Source of the DNA: Candidatus Multivoradales bacterium
Lineage (GTDB): Bacteria; Acidobacteriota; Thermoanaerobaculia; Multivoradales; JAHEKO01
Assembly: GCA_965223155.1 (NCBI GenBank)
Contig: CBDCVR010000013.1
Coordinates: 1,152,001-1,216,000 of the forward strand
Reading direction: 5' to 3'
DNA length: 64,000 bases
Below the pieces are notes generated by a model. The model had not been told where the DNA came from. It did no database searches and saw only the letters and a list, made by a program, of their open reading frames with translations. Positions 1 through 9,444 of this stretch are shown piece after piece (the first letter of the stretch is position 1; each line of letters opens with the position of its first letter). The position numbers were made by a program, and so were the translations under genes.

Positions 1-987
1 GGGACTTTCTCTTCCCGGGGCGTCGAACTGCGGCGAACCAGCAACGCGGTCAACCTGGAGGTTCGGGCGCTGCCGCCGGTGCCGCCGGAGCTCGACGCCT
101 TCCGCGGCGCCGTCGGCCGCTTCGAGATCGAGGCCAACCTGGAGCCAAGCTCGCTCGAGGCCGGCCAGGCGACTACCCTGACCGTGGCGGTCTCGGGCCG
201 GGGTAATCTGGAAGGCCTCAAGGCTCCCCGCCTGCCCGAGCTCGATGGAATCCGTATCTTTCCTCCCGAACAGAGTGGCAGCACTTCCATCTCCGGAACC
301 CGGGTCCTGGGCGACAAGCGCTGGAGCTACGTCCTGGTGCCCGACCGCGCCGGCGAATGGACGTTGCCGGCGTTGCCCCACGCCTACTTCGACCCCTGGG
401 AAGGCGCCTACCGTTCCAGCCGGACCCGGCCCTTGACGCTGATTGCTCGGGCCGCTGAGGTCGACTCGATCTCTACCCCCGCCGCGGGCTCCCCTACCGG
501 GGCCGATCCCGCTGTCCCCACCGGCGCGAGCGCGTCCGGAGGCCCTGGGGCAAGAGCGGACGCCGGTCCCGAGGGCGCCCGTTGGTGGCTCTCGCCAGCG
601 CTCTGGCTGGGAGCGAGCCTGCTGGCCATGATCGGCTTCGTTGCCGCCGGCCTGACTCGCCGGGCCGGCCGCCGCGGCGCGCGCGCGGCTACGCTCCGGG
701 ACGAGATCCGCTCCCTGGCTTCCGAGTCCAGAAGCCGCCGAGCCGCCGAGCGCATGGAAGCGGCCTGGCGAAGCTACCTCACAGATCGCTACGACCTGCC
801 CAGAGCTTCTGGCCCGGAGACCTGGCCGAGCGCTCTCGCCGGCAAGATCCCCAGAGGCGCGGCCACCGAGCTGGCGCGCTTCCTCGAGGATCTCGAGCAG
901 CTGCGTAGCGCGCCCGAGCTGGCGGCGTCCGCGGCACTCCAGGCCGAGCTCACAGCCCGCGCCCTCAAGCTCTCCAAGAGCCTCTGA
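1..987 (+). CDS. BatD-family protein, C-terminal part (5' end outside window)
   Basis: Frame is open from base 1. Ig-like BatD repeat (AVGRFEIEA...LTVAVSGRGNL...YFDP...Y), then an Ala/Pro linker, a TM helix and a helical C-terminal domain. Confidence 0.7.
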   Translation, partial: GTFSSRGVELRRTSNAVNLEVRALPPVPPELDAFRGAVGRFEIEANLEPSSLEAGQATTLTVAVSGRGNLEGLKAPRLPELDGIRIFPPEQSGSTSISGTRVLGDKRWSYVLVPDRAGEWTLPALPHAYFDPWEGAYRSSRTRPLTLIARAAEVDSISTPAAGSPTGADPAVPTGASASGGPGARADAGPEGARWWLSPALWLGASLLAMIGFVAAGLTRRAGRRGARAATLRDEIRSLASESRSRRAAERMEAAWRSYLTDRYDLPRASGPETWPSALAGKIPRGAATELARFLEDLEQLRSAPELAASAALQAELTARALKLSKSL

Positions 988-1110
988 CCAAGAGCCTCTG
1001 AGCGGCCCCGAAGGGGCCCGATGCCGGCTGTGGATTATCTAATTGTTACACCTCCGGCGCTCTGCTAGATTGCCTGTTTCCGACACCGAGACCGTCCCGG
1101 GACGGACGCG

Positions 1111-2244
1111 ATGATCGAGTACTTCAGCCTGGAACCGCAAGACCTCGAGACGTTCCTCGAGCGCAGGCGCGCCTTGCCTTCGTTCACGCTGGACATGAGC
1201 CTTGCCGACAACCTGCGGGAAGTGCTGCGCAAGGCCAACGAGTTCGTACCTTCGCTGGCGGGATCGATCTTGCTCGACAATCCGGCCGAGAAGAAGATCG
1301 AGCGGGGGGACAACTCGCTGACCTTCATCGCCGCGTTCGGAGCAAAGGGCCGCGCACTCCTCGGCAAGGAAATCTCGGCCCAGACCGGAATCGCCGGGCA
1401 CGTGTACCGCACCGGGGAGTCCTACGTGTCCTCCGACGTCAACCAGGACAGGTTGCATCACTCCATGTTCGAGGGCGTTGACGCCAACCTGACTGAATCC
1501 CTAGTAGCGATTCCGATTCGCATCGAGCAGGAAGTGTGCGGTGTCCTGGAGTTGGTAAACCGGGACCAGCGTACCCACTACAGCGACCGCGACGTGAATC
1601 TGCTCGAGATCTTCGCCGAGTACATCTCGATCTCGATCCAGAACGTCTTGGACGGCCGCCAGGCCCAGGAGATCGCCAAGCGCGACAATCTGACCGGCCT
1701 CTACAACGACCGCTATCTCCACATCGCTCTGTCCAAGACCATCGCCCGCTGCCGGCGCGACGGCGAGGACCTGGCCCTGCTCTTCCTGGATCTGGACTTC
1801 TTCAAGCGGGTCAACGACTCGCACGGCCACTTGGCCGGCAGCCAGGTCTTGCGCGAGGTGGGAGCGCTGATCCGCCATGCCACCCCCTACGAGGGCGCGA
1901 TCGCGGCTCGGTACGGCGGCGACGAATTCGTGGTCGCCTTGCCGCGCAAGGATCTGCTCGAAGCCATCAAGATCTCCGAGCAGATCCGGCACGAGATCGT
2001 GACCCGCACGTTCTGCGACCAGCCGGGTGAAATCTTGCCCGACCCGATCCATCTCACCGGCCTCACCTGCTCGGTGGGCGTCGCCACGCTCCGCCGCCAC
2101 CTGCACGACGATCTGCCGGTCGAGCAGTGCAAGTCCACACTGCTGAGGCTGTCGGACGCGGCCATGTACGTAGCCAAGGAAACCGGCCGCAACCGTACCG
2201 CAACCGCCGGCGAGCCGGTGCGCCGGGTCAGCGTCGGCGACTGA
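1111..2244 (+). CDS. GAF-domain diguanylate cyclase
   Basis: GAF (GIAGHVYRTGE, LVAIPI, GVLELVN) followed by DNLTGLYN, DLDFFKRVNDSHGHLAG and an intact YGGDEF. No RxxD I-site is evident. Confidence 0.92.
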   Translation: MIEYFSLEPQDLETFLERRRALPSFTLDMSLADNLREVLRKANEFVPSLAGSILLDNPAEKKIERGDNSLTFIAAFGAKGRALLGKEISAQTGIAGHVYRTGESYVSSDVNQDRLHHSMFEGVDANLTESLVAIPIRIEQEVCGVLELVNRDQRTHYSDRDVNLLEIFAEYISISIQNVLDGRQAQEIAKRDNLTGLYNDRYLHIALSKTIARCRRDGEDLALLFLDLDFFKRVNDSHGHLAGSQVLREVGALIRHATPYEGAIAARYGGDEFVVALPRKDLLEAIKISEQIRHEIVTRTFCDQPGEILPDPIHLTGLTCSVGVATLRRHLHDDLPVEQCKSTLLRLSDAAMYVAKETGRNRTATAGEPVRRVSVGD

Positions 2245-2277
2245 GCCGCCGGCTCATCCTTACGGCCCCGTCCTTCG

Positions 2278-2307
2278 TTGACCCTCGATTCGGGCGGCTG
2301 CTAGCAT
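2278..2307 (+). promoter_or_regulatory. Putative sigma70 promoter of lat-pcd
   Basis: TTGACC (2278-2283), 18-bp spacer, TG-c-TAGCAT (2302-2307). Confidence 0.45.
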
Positions 2308-2443
2308 CCCCGTTGCAGTCGCTGGGCGGCGCCCTTGGGCCGCCACCGGCACTCGAAGCGCACCCGATTCGTTCCGAAACCAGCCCGAGAATCCGGGACG
2401 CCGGACCCGGTCCGGCCCGCTCCCGCCGCCACGGAGTTCCGTC

Positions 2444-3772
2444 ATGACCGTAGCCGATACCGCCTCGACTTCAGACGTCCACGCGCGCCTCTCCAAACAC
2501 ATCCTCGCGGACGGGTTGCCCTTCGTTCTGGACCTCGAGCGCAGCCATGGCCCGTACCTGGTAGATCGCGTCACGGGCCGCGAGATCCTGGATCTCTTCA
2601 TGTGCTATGCGACCTGTCCGGTCGGCTACAACCATCCGGTACTGCATGATCCGGCCTTCACCGCCCGCATCCTTCCCGCCGCGCTCAACAAACCCTCGAA
2701 CTCGGATTTCTACACCGAGGAGATGGCGGACTTCGTGGACGCCCTGGCCCGGACGCTTCCTCCCGAGCTGAACGAGCGCATGTTCTTCATCTCAGGCGGC
2801 GCGCTCGCGGTCGAGAACGCGCTCAAGACAGCCTTCGATTGGAAGATGCGCAAGAACCTGGCCAAGGGCCGCGGCGCCAAGGGCCGCCAGATCATCCATC
2901 TGAAGGACGCTTTCCACGGCCGCAGCGGCTACACCCTCTCGCTGACCAACACCGATCCGGCCAAGACCGACTACTTCCCGAAGTTCGACTGGCCTCGGGT
3001 CACGAATCCGCGGCTGGAGTTTCCGCTCACCGACGAAGTCCCGGGGCGCGTCGCGGCCGCCGAACGCGAGTCGCTGGAGCAGATCAAGCAAGCGCTGCTC
3101 GAGAACCCCGACGACATCGCCGGCCTCGTCCTGGAACCAATTCAGGGCGAGGGCGGCGACAACCATTTCCGGCCGGAGTACTTCCAGGCCCTGCGCGAGC
3201 TGGCCGACGAGGAGGATTTCCTGCTCATCTTCGACGAGGTCCAGACCGGCTTCGGGGCCACCGGTGCCTGGTGGTGCCTGGAGCACTTCGGCGTCATGCC
3301 CGACGTCGTGGCCTTCGGCAAGAAGACCCAGGTCTGCGGCATCTGCGCCACCGAGCGCGTCGACGAGGTGGATTCGGTCTTCCAGGTTTCCAGCCGCATC
3401 AATTCCACCTGGGGCGGCAACCTCGTCGACATGATCCGCTGCGAGCGCTACATCCAGATCATCGAAGCCGAGGGACTGATCGCACATGCCGCCTCGGTGG
3501 GCGACTACTTCGTCCGGCGTCTCGGAGAGGCGGCGGGCTCCTCGCCGCTGGCCATGACCAACGTGCGCGGACGTGGCACGTTCGTCGCCTTCGATCTGCC
3601 CGACACCGAAACCCGCGAAGCGTTGCTGGCGGCGATGGTGGACGCCGGCCTCCTGGGCTTGCGTAGCGGCCCCCGGGGCATTCGCTTCCGCGGCCCCCTC
3701 GATCTCACCGAACAACACGTCGACGACGCCGTCGAGCGGCTCGGCAAGGCCGCGCGGGCCGTGGCGGCCTGA
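2444..3772 (+). CDS. lat: L-lysine 6-aminotransferase (class III PLP aminotransferase)
   Basis: NKPSNSDFY, GGALAVENALKTAFDWK, AFHGRSGYTLSLTNT, EPIQGEGGDNHF, FDEVQTG, FGKK, RINSTWGGNL. Confidence 0.9.
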   Translation: MTVADTASTSDVHARLSKHILADGLPFVLDLERSHGPYLVDRVTGREILDLFMCYATCPVGYNHPVLHDPAFTARILPAALNKPSNSDFYTEEMADFVDALARTLPPELNERMFFISGGALAVENALKTAFDWKMRKNLAKGRGAKGRQIIHLKDAFHGRSGYTLSLTNTDPAKTDYFPKFDWPRVTNPRLEFPLTDEVPGRVAAAERESLEQIKQALLENPDDIAGLVLEPIQGEGGDNHFRPEYFQALRELADEEDFLLIFDEVQTGFGATGAWWCLEHFGVMPDVVAFGKKTQVCGICATERVDEVDSVFQVSSRINSTWGGNLVDMIRCERYIQIIEAEGLIAHAASVGDYFVRRLGEAAGSSPLAMTNVRGRGTFVAFDLPDTETREALLAAMVDAGLLGLRSGPRGIRFRGPLDLTEQHVDDAVERLGKAARAVAA

Positions 3773-3844
3773 CCGGCCGCCCTGGCGGCTAGCGCGACCC
3801 AATCAGACCGACCCGACCAGTTTCACAGATCAAGAGGAATCGCC

Positions 3845-5395
3845 ATGTCCGCATCCAGCACCGCACCTGCTACCAGTCGCCATTCCGAGCTCCTGGCCGC
3901 GCTCGGCATCGGAGAAGAAAACTCGGGCGTCTACTGCGGCACCTGGCGCCCCGGCGACGGCCCGGCCGTGGTCTCCGTCGACCCGGCGACCGCGACTCCG
4001 ATCGCCTCAGTCACCACGGCCTCGGCGGAGGATTACGAGGCCACCGTCACTAAGGCGGTCGTAGCGTTCGAGGCCTGGCGTACCTGGCCGGCACCCAAGC
4101 GTGGCGAGGTCGTGCGCCTCGTCGGCCAAGCGCTGCGCGCGCACAAAGACGAGCTGGGACGCCTGGTGTCGTTGGAGATGGGCAAGATCCTGTCCGAGGG
4201 TTTAGGCGAGGTCCAGGAAATGATCGACATGGCCGACTTCGCTGTCGGTCTGTCGCGCCAGCTCTATGGGCTTGCAATGCACTCGGAGCGACCGGCCCAC
4301 CGGATGTACGAGCAGTGGCACCCGCTGGGACCGGTCGGAATCATCAGCGCCTTCAACTTTCCGGTGGCGGTCTGGTCCTGGAACGCGTTCATCGCGGCGG
4401 TCTGCGGCGATTCCATGATCTGGAAGCCGTCCGAGAAAACTCCGCTCACCGCCGTGGCCGTGACCAAGATCGCAGCGCGGGTGCTGGAGGAAGCCGAGGC
4501 GCCGCCCATCTTCAACCTCCTGGTCGGAGACCGGCATCAGGTGGGCGAGCCAATGACCGCCGATCCCCGCATTCCTCTGGTTTCCGCCACCGGCTCGGTG
4601 GCGATGGGCCGCGCCGTGGGCCAGGCAGTGGCCAAGCGCCTAGGCCGGAGCCTCCTCGAGCTGGGCGGCAACAACGCCATTCTGGTCACCGACGACGCCG
4701 ATCTCGACCTGGCCTTCCGGGCGGTGCTGTTCGCCGCCGTCGGCACCGCCGGGCAGCGCTGCACCACCACCCGCCGGCTCTTCCTCCAGCGCGGCATCGC
4801 CGCCGAGATGAAGCAGCGGCTAGTCGCGGCCTACCCGTCGATCTCGATCGGCGACCCCCTGGATCCCTCGGTTCTGATGGGTCCGCTTGTCGACGAGACG
4901 GCGGTCAAGGACATGATGGCTGCTCTGGCCGCGGCCGAAAGCCAGGGTGGCAAGATCCTCTATGGCGGCAAGGCCATCGAGGACCGCGACGGATTCTTCG
5001 TCCAGCCAACGATCGTCGAAGCGACCGCCGGCATGCCGATCACCTGCGACGAGACTTTCGCGCCCATTCTCTATGTCTTCGAGTTCGACGATCTGGAGGA
5101 GGCCATCGGGCAGCACAACGCGGTCCCGCAGGGGCTGTCCTCGGCGATCTTCACCCTCAACATGCGCTCGGCCGAGACCTTTCTGTCGCCGGCTGGCTCG
5201 GACTGCGGCATCGCCAACGTCAACATCGGCACCTCGGGGGCCGAGATCGGCGGCGCCTTTGGCGGCGAGAAGGAAACGGGCGGCGGTCGCGAGGCCGGCT
5301 CCGACTCCTGGAAGACCTACATGCGGCGCCAGACCTGCACCATCAACTACGGCACCGAGCTACCCCTGGCCCAGGGCGTCGAGTTCGACGTCTAG
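3845..5395 (+). CDS. pcd: ALDH7-type alpha-aminoadipate semialdehyde / piperideine-6-carboxylate dehydrogenase
   Basis: SAFNFPVAVW, ELGGNNA, GTAGQRCTT, NIGTSGAEIGGAFGGEKETGGGREAGSDSWK, LPLAQG. Directly downstream of lat. Confidence 0.88.
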   Translation: MSASSTAPATSRHSELLAALGIGEENSGVYCGTWRPGDGPAVVSVDPATATPIASVTTASAEDYEATVTKAVVAFEAWRTWPAPKRGEVVRLVGQALRAHKDELGRLVSLEMGKILSEGLGEVQEMIDMADFAVGLSRQLYGLAMHSERPAHRMYEQWHPLGPVGIISAFNFPVAVWSWNAFIAAVCGDSMIWKPSEKTPLTAVAVTKIAARVLEEAEAPPIFNLLVGDRHQVGEPMTADPRIPLVSATGSVAMGRAVGQAVAKRLGRSLLELGGNNAILVTDDADLDLAFRAVLFAAVGTAGQRCTTTRRLFLQRGIAAEMKQRLVAAYPSISIGDPLDPSVLMGPLVDETAVKDMMAALAAAESQGGKILYGGKAIEDRDGFFVQPTIVEATAGMPITCDETFAPILYVFEFDDLEEAIGQHNAVPQGLSSAIFTLNMRSAETFLSPAGSDCGIANVNIGTSGAEIGGAFGGEKETGGGREAGSDSWKTYMRRQTCTINYGTELPLAQGVEFDV

Positions 5396-5522
5396 CCGAG
5401 CCGTCTCGGCCGTCGGTGCGGCCGCGTCCCCGCCCGGTACTTGATATCCCGAGTAGGGGCTGCGGCGAGACGTTCCGCGAGGAGACGAGGACCCCGCTCC
5501 GGCTTCTTCCCGAGACGGAAGG

Positions 5523-6059
5523 CTAGCCGCCGCCGGCCGCCAGCCCCCTCCGGATCTGCGGGAGATGATGCTTCTTGTGCTCGATCATAAAGGTCAGAGC
5601 CTGCTTGAGCGTCAACGCCCCCGCCACCGGATGCCGGTAGACGGTTCGGTCCTCCAGTTCTTCCGGAAAGCCGGCAACGAAGGTTTCGAGCTCGGCGCGA
5701 GTTGTCTCCCAGGCCGCCAAGACGTCGGCCAGGGCAGGAGCCTCGGCAACTCCGCCGGCCTCGGGAGGCGCCTTGGCCTTGAGCCGGGTGCGCAAGAAAG
5801 CGGTGAGCAAGGCGAGCTTGATCTTCGCCGCCAAGCCCGCTCGCGGCAGGCCGGTGCCGCCCTGAACCTTCTTCTCCAAGTAGCGGACCGAGCGCGCTTC
5901 GGCGCTCTGGAGGTGCGACAGGATCTGGTTCGCCGACCACTTCCCGGGCGCCGGTTCTCGGGTCAGCCTCCCGGAGTCGACGCCCTCGGTCAGACCGATG
6001 AGCTCTGCCTTGAGGTTGGTCAGCGTTTCCATGAGCCGTTCGATTTCCTGACTTGGCAT
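5523..6059 (-). CDS. DinB/YfiT-family four-helix bundle protein
   Basis: PAPGKWSANQILSHL ... HPVAG ... EHKKHH His metal signature. Confidence 0.8.
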   Translation of the reverse strand: MPSQEIERLMETLTNLKAELIGLTEGVDSGRLTREPAPGKWSANQILSHLQSAEARSVRYLEKKVQGGTGLPRAGLAAKIKLALLTAFLRTRLKAKAPPEAGGVAEAPALADVLAAWETTRAELETFVAGFPEELEDRTVYRHPVAGALTLKQALTFMIEHKKHHLPQIRRGLAAGGG

Positions 6060-6071
6060 AGATCGCTCCTC

Positions 6072-6953
6072 CTATCCGGTCGTTCCGATCACCCGCAGCA
6101 TGTTGGGTTGGGCCGTGAATTCTAGCGGCCGGCCTTCCAGCTCGGCCACCAGCTCGCCATCGCACCCCACAATCTGCTGCTCGGCGAAGCGAACCCGAGC
6201 CCAGGGCGTCCGGTGAATCCGCACCGCCGGATGATGCACATGGTTGCCGCTGAAGACGCGGGGGAAAACCTGGAACAGCAAACGCCGCTTACTGAGGGCT
6301 CGCACGATCACCAGCTCGAGGACGCCGTCGGCCAGGTCGGCTCCAGGCGCGATCTGCATGCCCCCGCCAAAACGCGGAGCGTTGCACGCAGTCACGAACA
6401 TGGCCTCCCCTTCCCAGGAGCCACCGGCCCATTCCACCGCGACCAGCGGCGGACGGAAGGTGCGCACGGTACGCAGCACCGCAATCGAATACGTCAGGTC
6501 ATCCGGCCACCACCGGGGCTGCCCGGCCGCCGTGCGCGTGCAAGCAGCGTCAAAGCCGCCGCCGCCGTAGAGAACGAACCAACGCTCGCCTACCCGACCC
6601 AAATCAATGGTTCGGGCGTCGCCATCGAGGGCGATATCGAGGGCGGCCCCGAACTCGTCCGGCACGCCGATCGATCCCGCCAAGTCGTCGCCCCGGCCAC
6701 AGGGCACCACCGCCAGGGCGCACTCGCTTCCAGCCAGCGCCTGCACCGCCAGATGCATGGACCCGTCCCCACCCGCGACGACCAGGCGCTCCACGCCTTC
6801 CGCCACCGCCCGCCGCGCTCGCGCGGTCAGATCCACTCCGCTGGAGCTCACCTCAACCTCGGCTCCCAGCGCCGCAGCACGGCGCCTGAGCGCCGGCAGG
6901 TGCCGGCGGACGCGGCCGCCCCCCGACGTGGGATTCACCAGGAACCTCAGCAT
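6072..6953 (-). CDS. Diacylglycerol/lipid kinase family protein (YegS/DgkB-like)
   Basis: VNPTSGG, AGGDGS, PCGRGDDLA, NAPRFGGG, DGE motifs. Confidence 0.85.
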   Translation of the reverse strand: MLRFLVNPTSGGGRVRRHLPALRRRAAALGAEVEVSSSGVDLTARARRAVAEGVERLVVAGGDGSMHLAVQALAGSECALAVVPCGRGDDLAGSIGVPDEFGAALDIALDGDARTIDLGRVGERWFVLYGGGGFDAACTRTAAGQPRWWPDDLTYSIAVLRTVRTFRPPLVAVEWAGGSWEGEAMFVTACNAPRFGGGMQIAPGADLADGVLELVIVRALSKRRLLFQVFPRVFSGNHVHHPAVRIHRTPWARVRFAEQQIVGCDGELVAELEGRPLEFTAQPNMLRVIGTTG

Positions 6954-7086
6954 GGGCGCCTATCCTATGCGCTGCCGCCGTCAACGCACCGAACTGGCGC
7001 GGGCGGCCAGAGTTCTCTCCTCCTGGCTCGTCCCATGAACTGGCTCGGCATCCGCCTGATGGCCGCCGACGCGCCGAAGATCTCGG

Positions 7087-8268
7087 CTAGCTGACGATCG
7101 GAAGGGGGGACGCGAGGCCCCTGTTTGCCGGCGTCAGCGCGTGGCGGTAGCGAGCCGCGAGCTCGGCGGTCTCGTCCCGGGTGACCTGACGCTCGTACAG
7201 ATTGGTTCGCTGGCGCGGCTCGTATCCGGCCGAGCGAATCAGGTGCTCCATCTCGTCCTGGCTCATCTTGTACGCGGTGCCGGCCGCGGACACGACGTTC
7301 TCTTCGATCATGATCGAGCCCATATCATCGGCCCCGAACTTGAGGGCCAACTGCCCGATCTTCTTGCCCTGGGTGACCCAGCTCGTTTGCAGGTGCCGAA
7401 TGTTGTCCAGGAACAGGCGCGACACGGCCAGGGTCGTCAAGTACTCGTGCGCGAAGGTCTCGGGCACATCCTCCATGTCGGTGTGGTCGTGCTGGAAGGT
7501 CCACGAGATGAAGGCGGTAAACCCGCCGGTCTCGTCCTGAAGTTCCCGAATCTTGCGCATGTGCTCGACCCGCGCCGCCAGATCCTCGCCCATGCCGTAC
7601 ATCATCGTCGATGAGGTCCGGAGCCCATTGCGATGAGCCTGACGCATGATGTCGAGCCACTCCTCCGACGACGTCTTGCCGTAGGCCAGGACGTCCTTGC
7701 GCACCGAGTCGACCAGGATCTCGGCACCGCCACCGGGAATCGACTGGAGACCCGCTGCCTTGAGCCGGGCGATCACCTCGTGGAAGCTGAGCCGCTCCAG
7801 CTTGGCGATGAACTTGACCTCCGGCGGCGAAAAAGCGTGCAGATGCACGTCCGGGTAGCGCTCGTGGAGGTAGCGCAAGAGATCCTCGTAGTACTCGAGC
7901 GGCAGGTCGGGGTGAACGCCGCCCTGCATCAGGATTCCGGTGCCGTTGAGGGCCAGCGTCTCCTCGACCTTCTTGCCGATTTCTTCGTGCGGCAACAGGT
8001 ATCCCTCGGGATCGCCAGGCTCGCGGTAGAAGGCGCAGAAGCGGCACTTGTAGACGCAGACGTTGGTGTAGTTGATGTTGCGATCGATGTTGTAGGTGGC
8101 AATCTCGGGGTCGTTGTGTCGATTCCGGACCTCGTCGGCCGCCAGGCCCAGCTCGACCAAGTCTCCGTCCTGCAGCAGGCGCAGGGCGTCCCCTGGGGAG
8201 ATACGGGAACCAGCGACGGCGTCCGCCAGAATCGAATCCACCGCGCGGTCGGAAAGCTCCCAGGCCAT
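7087..8268 (-). CDS. mqnC: Cyclic dehypoxanthinyl futalosine synthase (radical SAM)
   Basis: DRNINYTNVCVYKCRFCAF (CxxxCxxC), MQGGVHP, SIPGGGAEIL, GFTAFISW, EENVVSAAG. Same operon as mqnA. Confidence 0.9.
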   Translation of the reverse strand: MAWELSDRAVDSILADAVAGSRISPGDALRLLQDGDLVELGLAADEVRNRHNDPEIATYNIDRNINYTNVCVYKCRFCAFYREPGDPEGYLLPHEEIGKKVEETLALNGTGILMQGGVHPDLPLEYYEDLLRYLHERYPDVHLHAFSPPEVKFIAKLERLSFHEVIARLKAAGLQSIPGGGAEILVDSVRKDVLAYGKTSSEEWLDIMRQAHRNGLRTSSTMMYGMGEDLAARVEHMRKIRELQDETGGFTAFISWTFQHDHTDMEDVPETFAHEYLTTLAVSRLFLDNIRHLQTSWVTQGKKIGQLALKFGADDMGSIMIEENVVSAAGTAYKMSQDEMEHLIRSAGYEPRQRTNLYERQVTRDETAELAARYRHALTPANRGLASPLPIVS

Positions 8269-8270
8269 TC

Positions 8271-8732
8271 CTACTCCTCCTCCTCCAAGGTCTTAAGGAG
8301 CCGCTCCAGGCGTTCCACGTCGGGCCCGTCCTTTGCGATCCTTCCAGTCGCCCGCTTCATCGCCAGCAGCTCCGCCAGACCGGCGAAGTGAGTCGGCGTC
8401 CCGGCGAGTTGGCCGGCCACCCGGCCGGCCCGGACTTCGTCCCACTCCACCCCCGGGACACGCGAGTGAATCTCCACGCGCAGCAGTCCCCCAAAAGAAA
8501 GAATGTCGCCGGCGATAAAGTCCTCGGCAGAAAACTCGGACACGAACCCCCCCCAACGCTCGACCGCTCGGCGAGCCCGTTTCGCGTTTTCAAGAGTGGG
8601 CGCGATCAAGACGTCGATGTCACGAGTCGTTCGATAGGGGATGTGCGACAGCACCGCCATCCCGCCGATGACGACGTAGTCCACGTCTTCTCTGTTGAGC
8701 GCATCCAGGAAATCGGCAAAGTCGTTGGTCAT
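8271..8732 (-). CDS. Pol-beta-superfamily minimal nucleotidyltransferase (DUF6036/AbiEii-like), about 153 aa
   Basis: Likely ATG at 8732 (MTNDFADFLDALN). IGGMAV...RTTRDIDV catalytic motif and C-terminal K...GR.KD..D. Confidence 0.75.
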   Translation of the reverse strand: MTNDFADFLDALNREDVDYVVIGGMAVLSHIPYRTTRDIDVLIAPTLENAKRARRAVERWGGFVSEFSAEDFIAGDILSFGGLLRVEIHSRVPGVEWDEVRAGRVAGQLAGTPTHFAGLAELLAMKRATGRIAKDGPDVERLERLLKTLEEEE

Positions 8733-8904
8733 GAGCGAAGCCTCGCGACAACCAGAGAGTGTAGGCCGTGTCGAGAAGGGCGACGGCCGCAGCCATTCTC
8801 TCGGCCGGCGTGGCCGCGAGCGCATCGGCGATCTCGTCGTCGATCGGGTCCCGGCCATCGCCTGCGCCGCCTACTACGTAGCGCCTCTGCCGCCTTCTCC
8901 TCAA
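8620..8904 (-). CDS. Small hypothetical partner ORF overlapping the nucleotidyltransferase 5' end
   Basis: Protein-like core DPIDDEIADALAATPAERMAAAVALLDTAYTLW. A TAGAAT -10-like hexamer lies just upstream (8911-8916). Overlaps the next gene by 113 nt. Confidence 0.45.
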   Translation of the reverse strand: MRRRRQRRYVVGGAGDGRDPIDDEIADALAATPAERMAAAVALLDTAYTLWLSRGFAHDQRLCRFPGCAQQRRRGLRRHRRDGGAVAHPLSNDS

Positions 8905-8955
8905 GTTCCCATTCTACCAGCGCGAGCAACTGGCCGGGCTGCCGTCCGGCCTGGA

Positions 8956-9444
8956 TCACAGCCCCTCGTTGCCGGCTGAAGCACGTCCGCCGGCGGCGCC
9001 GAGGTCGCCATCATCGGGATAGGCGAGGACGCCGGTTTGCGCCGTCATCTTCCAGCCGGCCTCGGTCTTGACGTAGATCTTGCAGGTCCGTCCGTGCCAG
9101 CGAAAATTATCCCCGCTCTCGCGATGACGCCAGAGGGTGTCGATGTCCACGACCGCAAAGGCGCCATCGCCCTCGTTCGACACCTGGATGCGCTCGGTGA
9201 CCCGGCGGTTGCGGACGAGCTCATGAGATTCGAAGAGCGCCCGCCAGCCGCCGCCCCAGCGCTCGGCGTCGTACCGGCCCCACTCCATCACCCAGTCGAT
9301 CGGGTCGTGATCTCGGGCCGTCGGTGGCCAAGGCCAGACCATGTCCGGATGGAAACAGGTCAAGAGTAACTCCACGTCCTGGGTATCCCAGGCCCTGGTC
9401 TCCCGATCCACGATCTCCCGGATTTCCCGCTCGGCATCGGTCAT
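8956..9444 (-). CDS. NTF2-like (SnoaL/DUF4440) protein
   Basis: IREIVDRETRAWDTQDVELLLTCFHPDMV...GWKM fold pattern. ATGA overlap with the mqnA stop. Confidence 0.75.
   Translation of the reverse strand: MTDAEREIREIVDRETRAWDTQDVELLLTCFHPDMVWPWPPTARDHDPIDWVMEWGRYDAERWGGGWRALFESHELVRNRRVTERIQVSNEGDGAFAVVDIDTLWRHRESGDNFRWHGRTCKIYVKTEAGWKMTAQTGVLAYPDDGDLGAAGGRASAGNEGL

Noticed and set aside
2245-2443. Lysine riboswitch ahead of lat
   Set aside because: No L-box consensus is seen, and the leader after the predicted promoter is too short.
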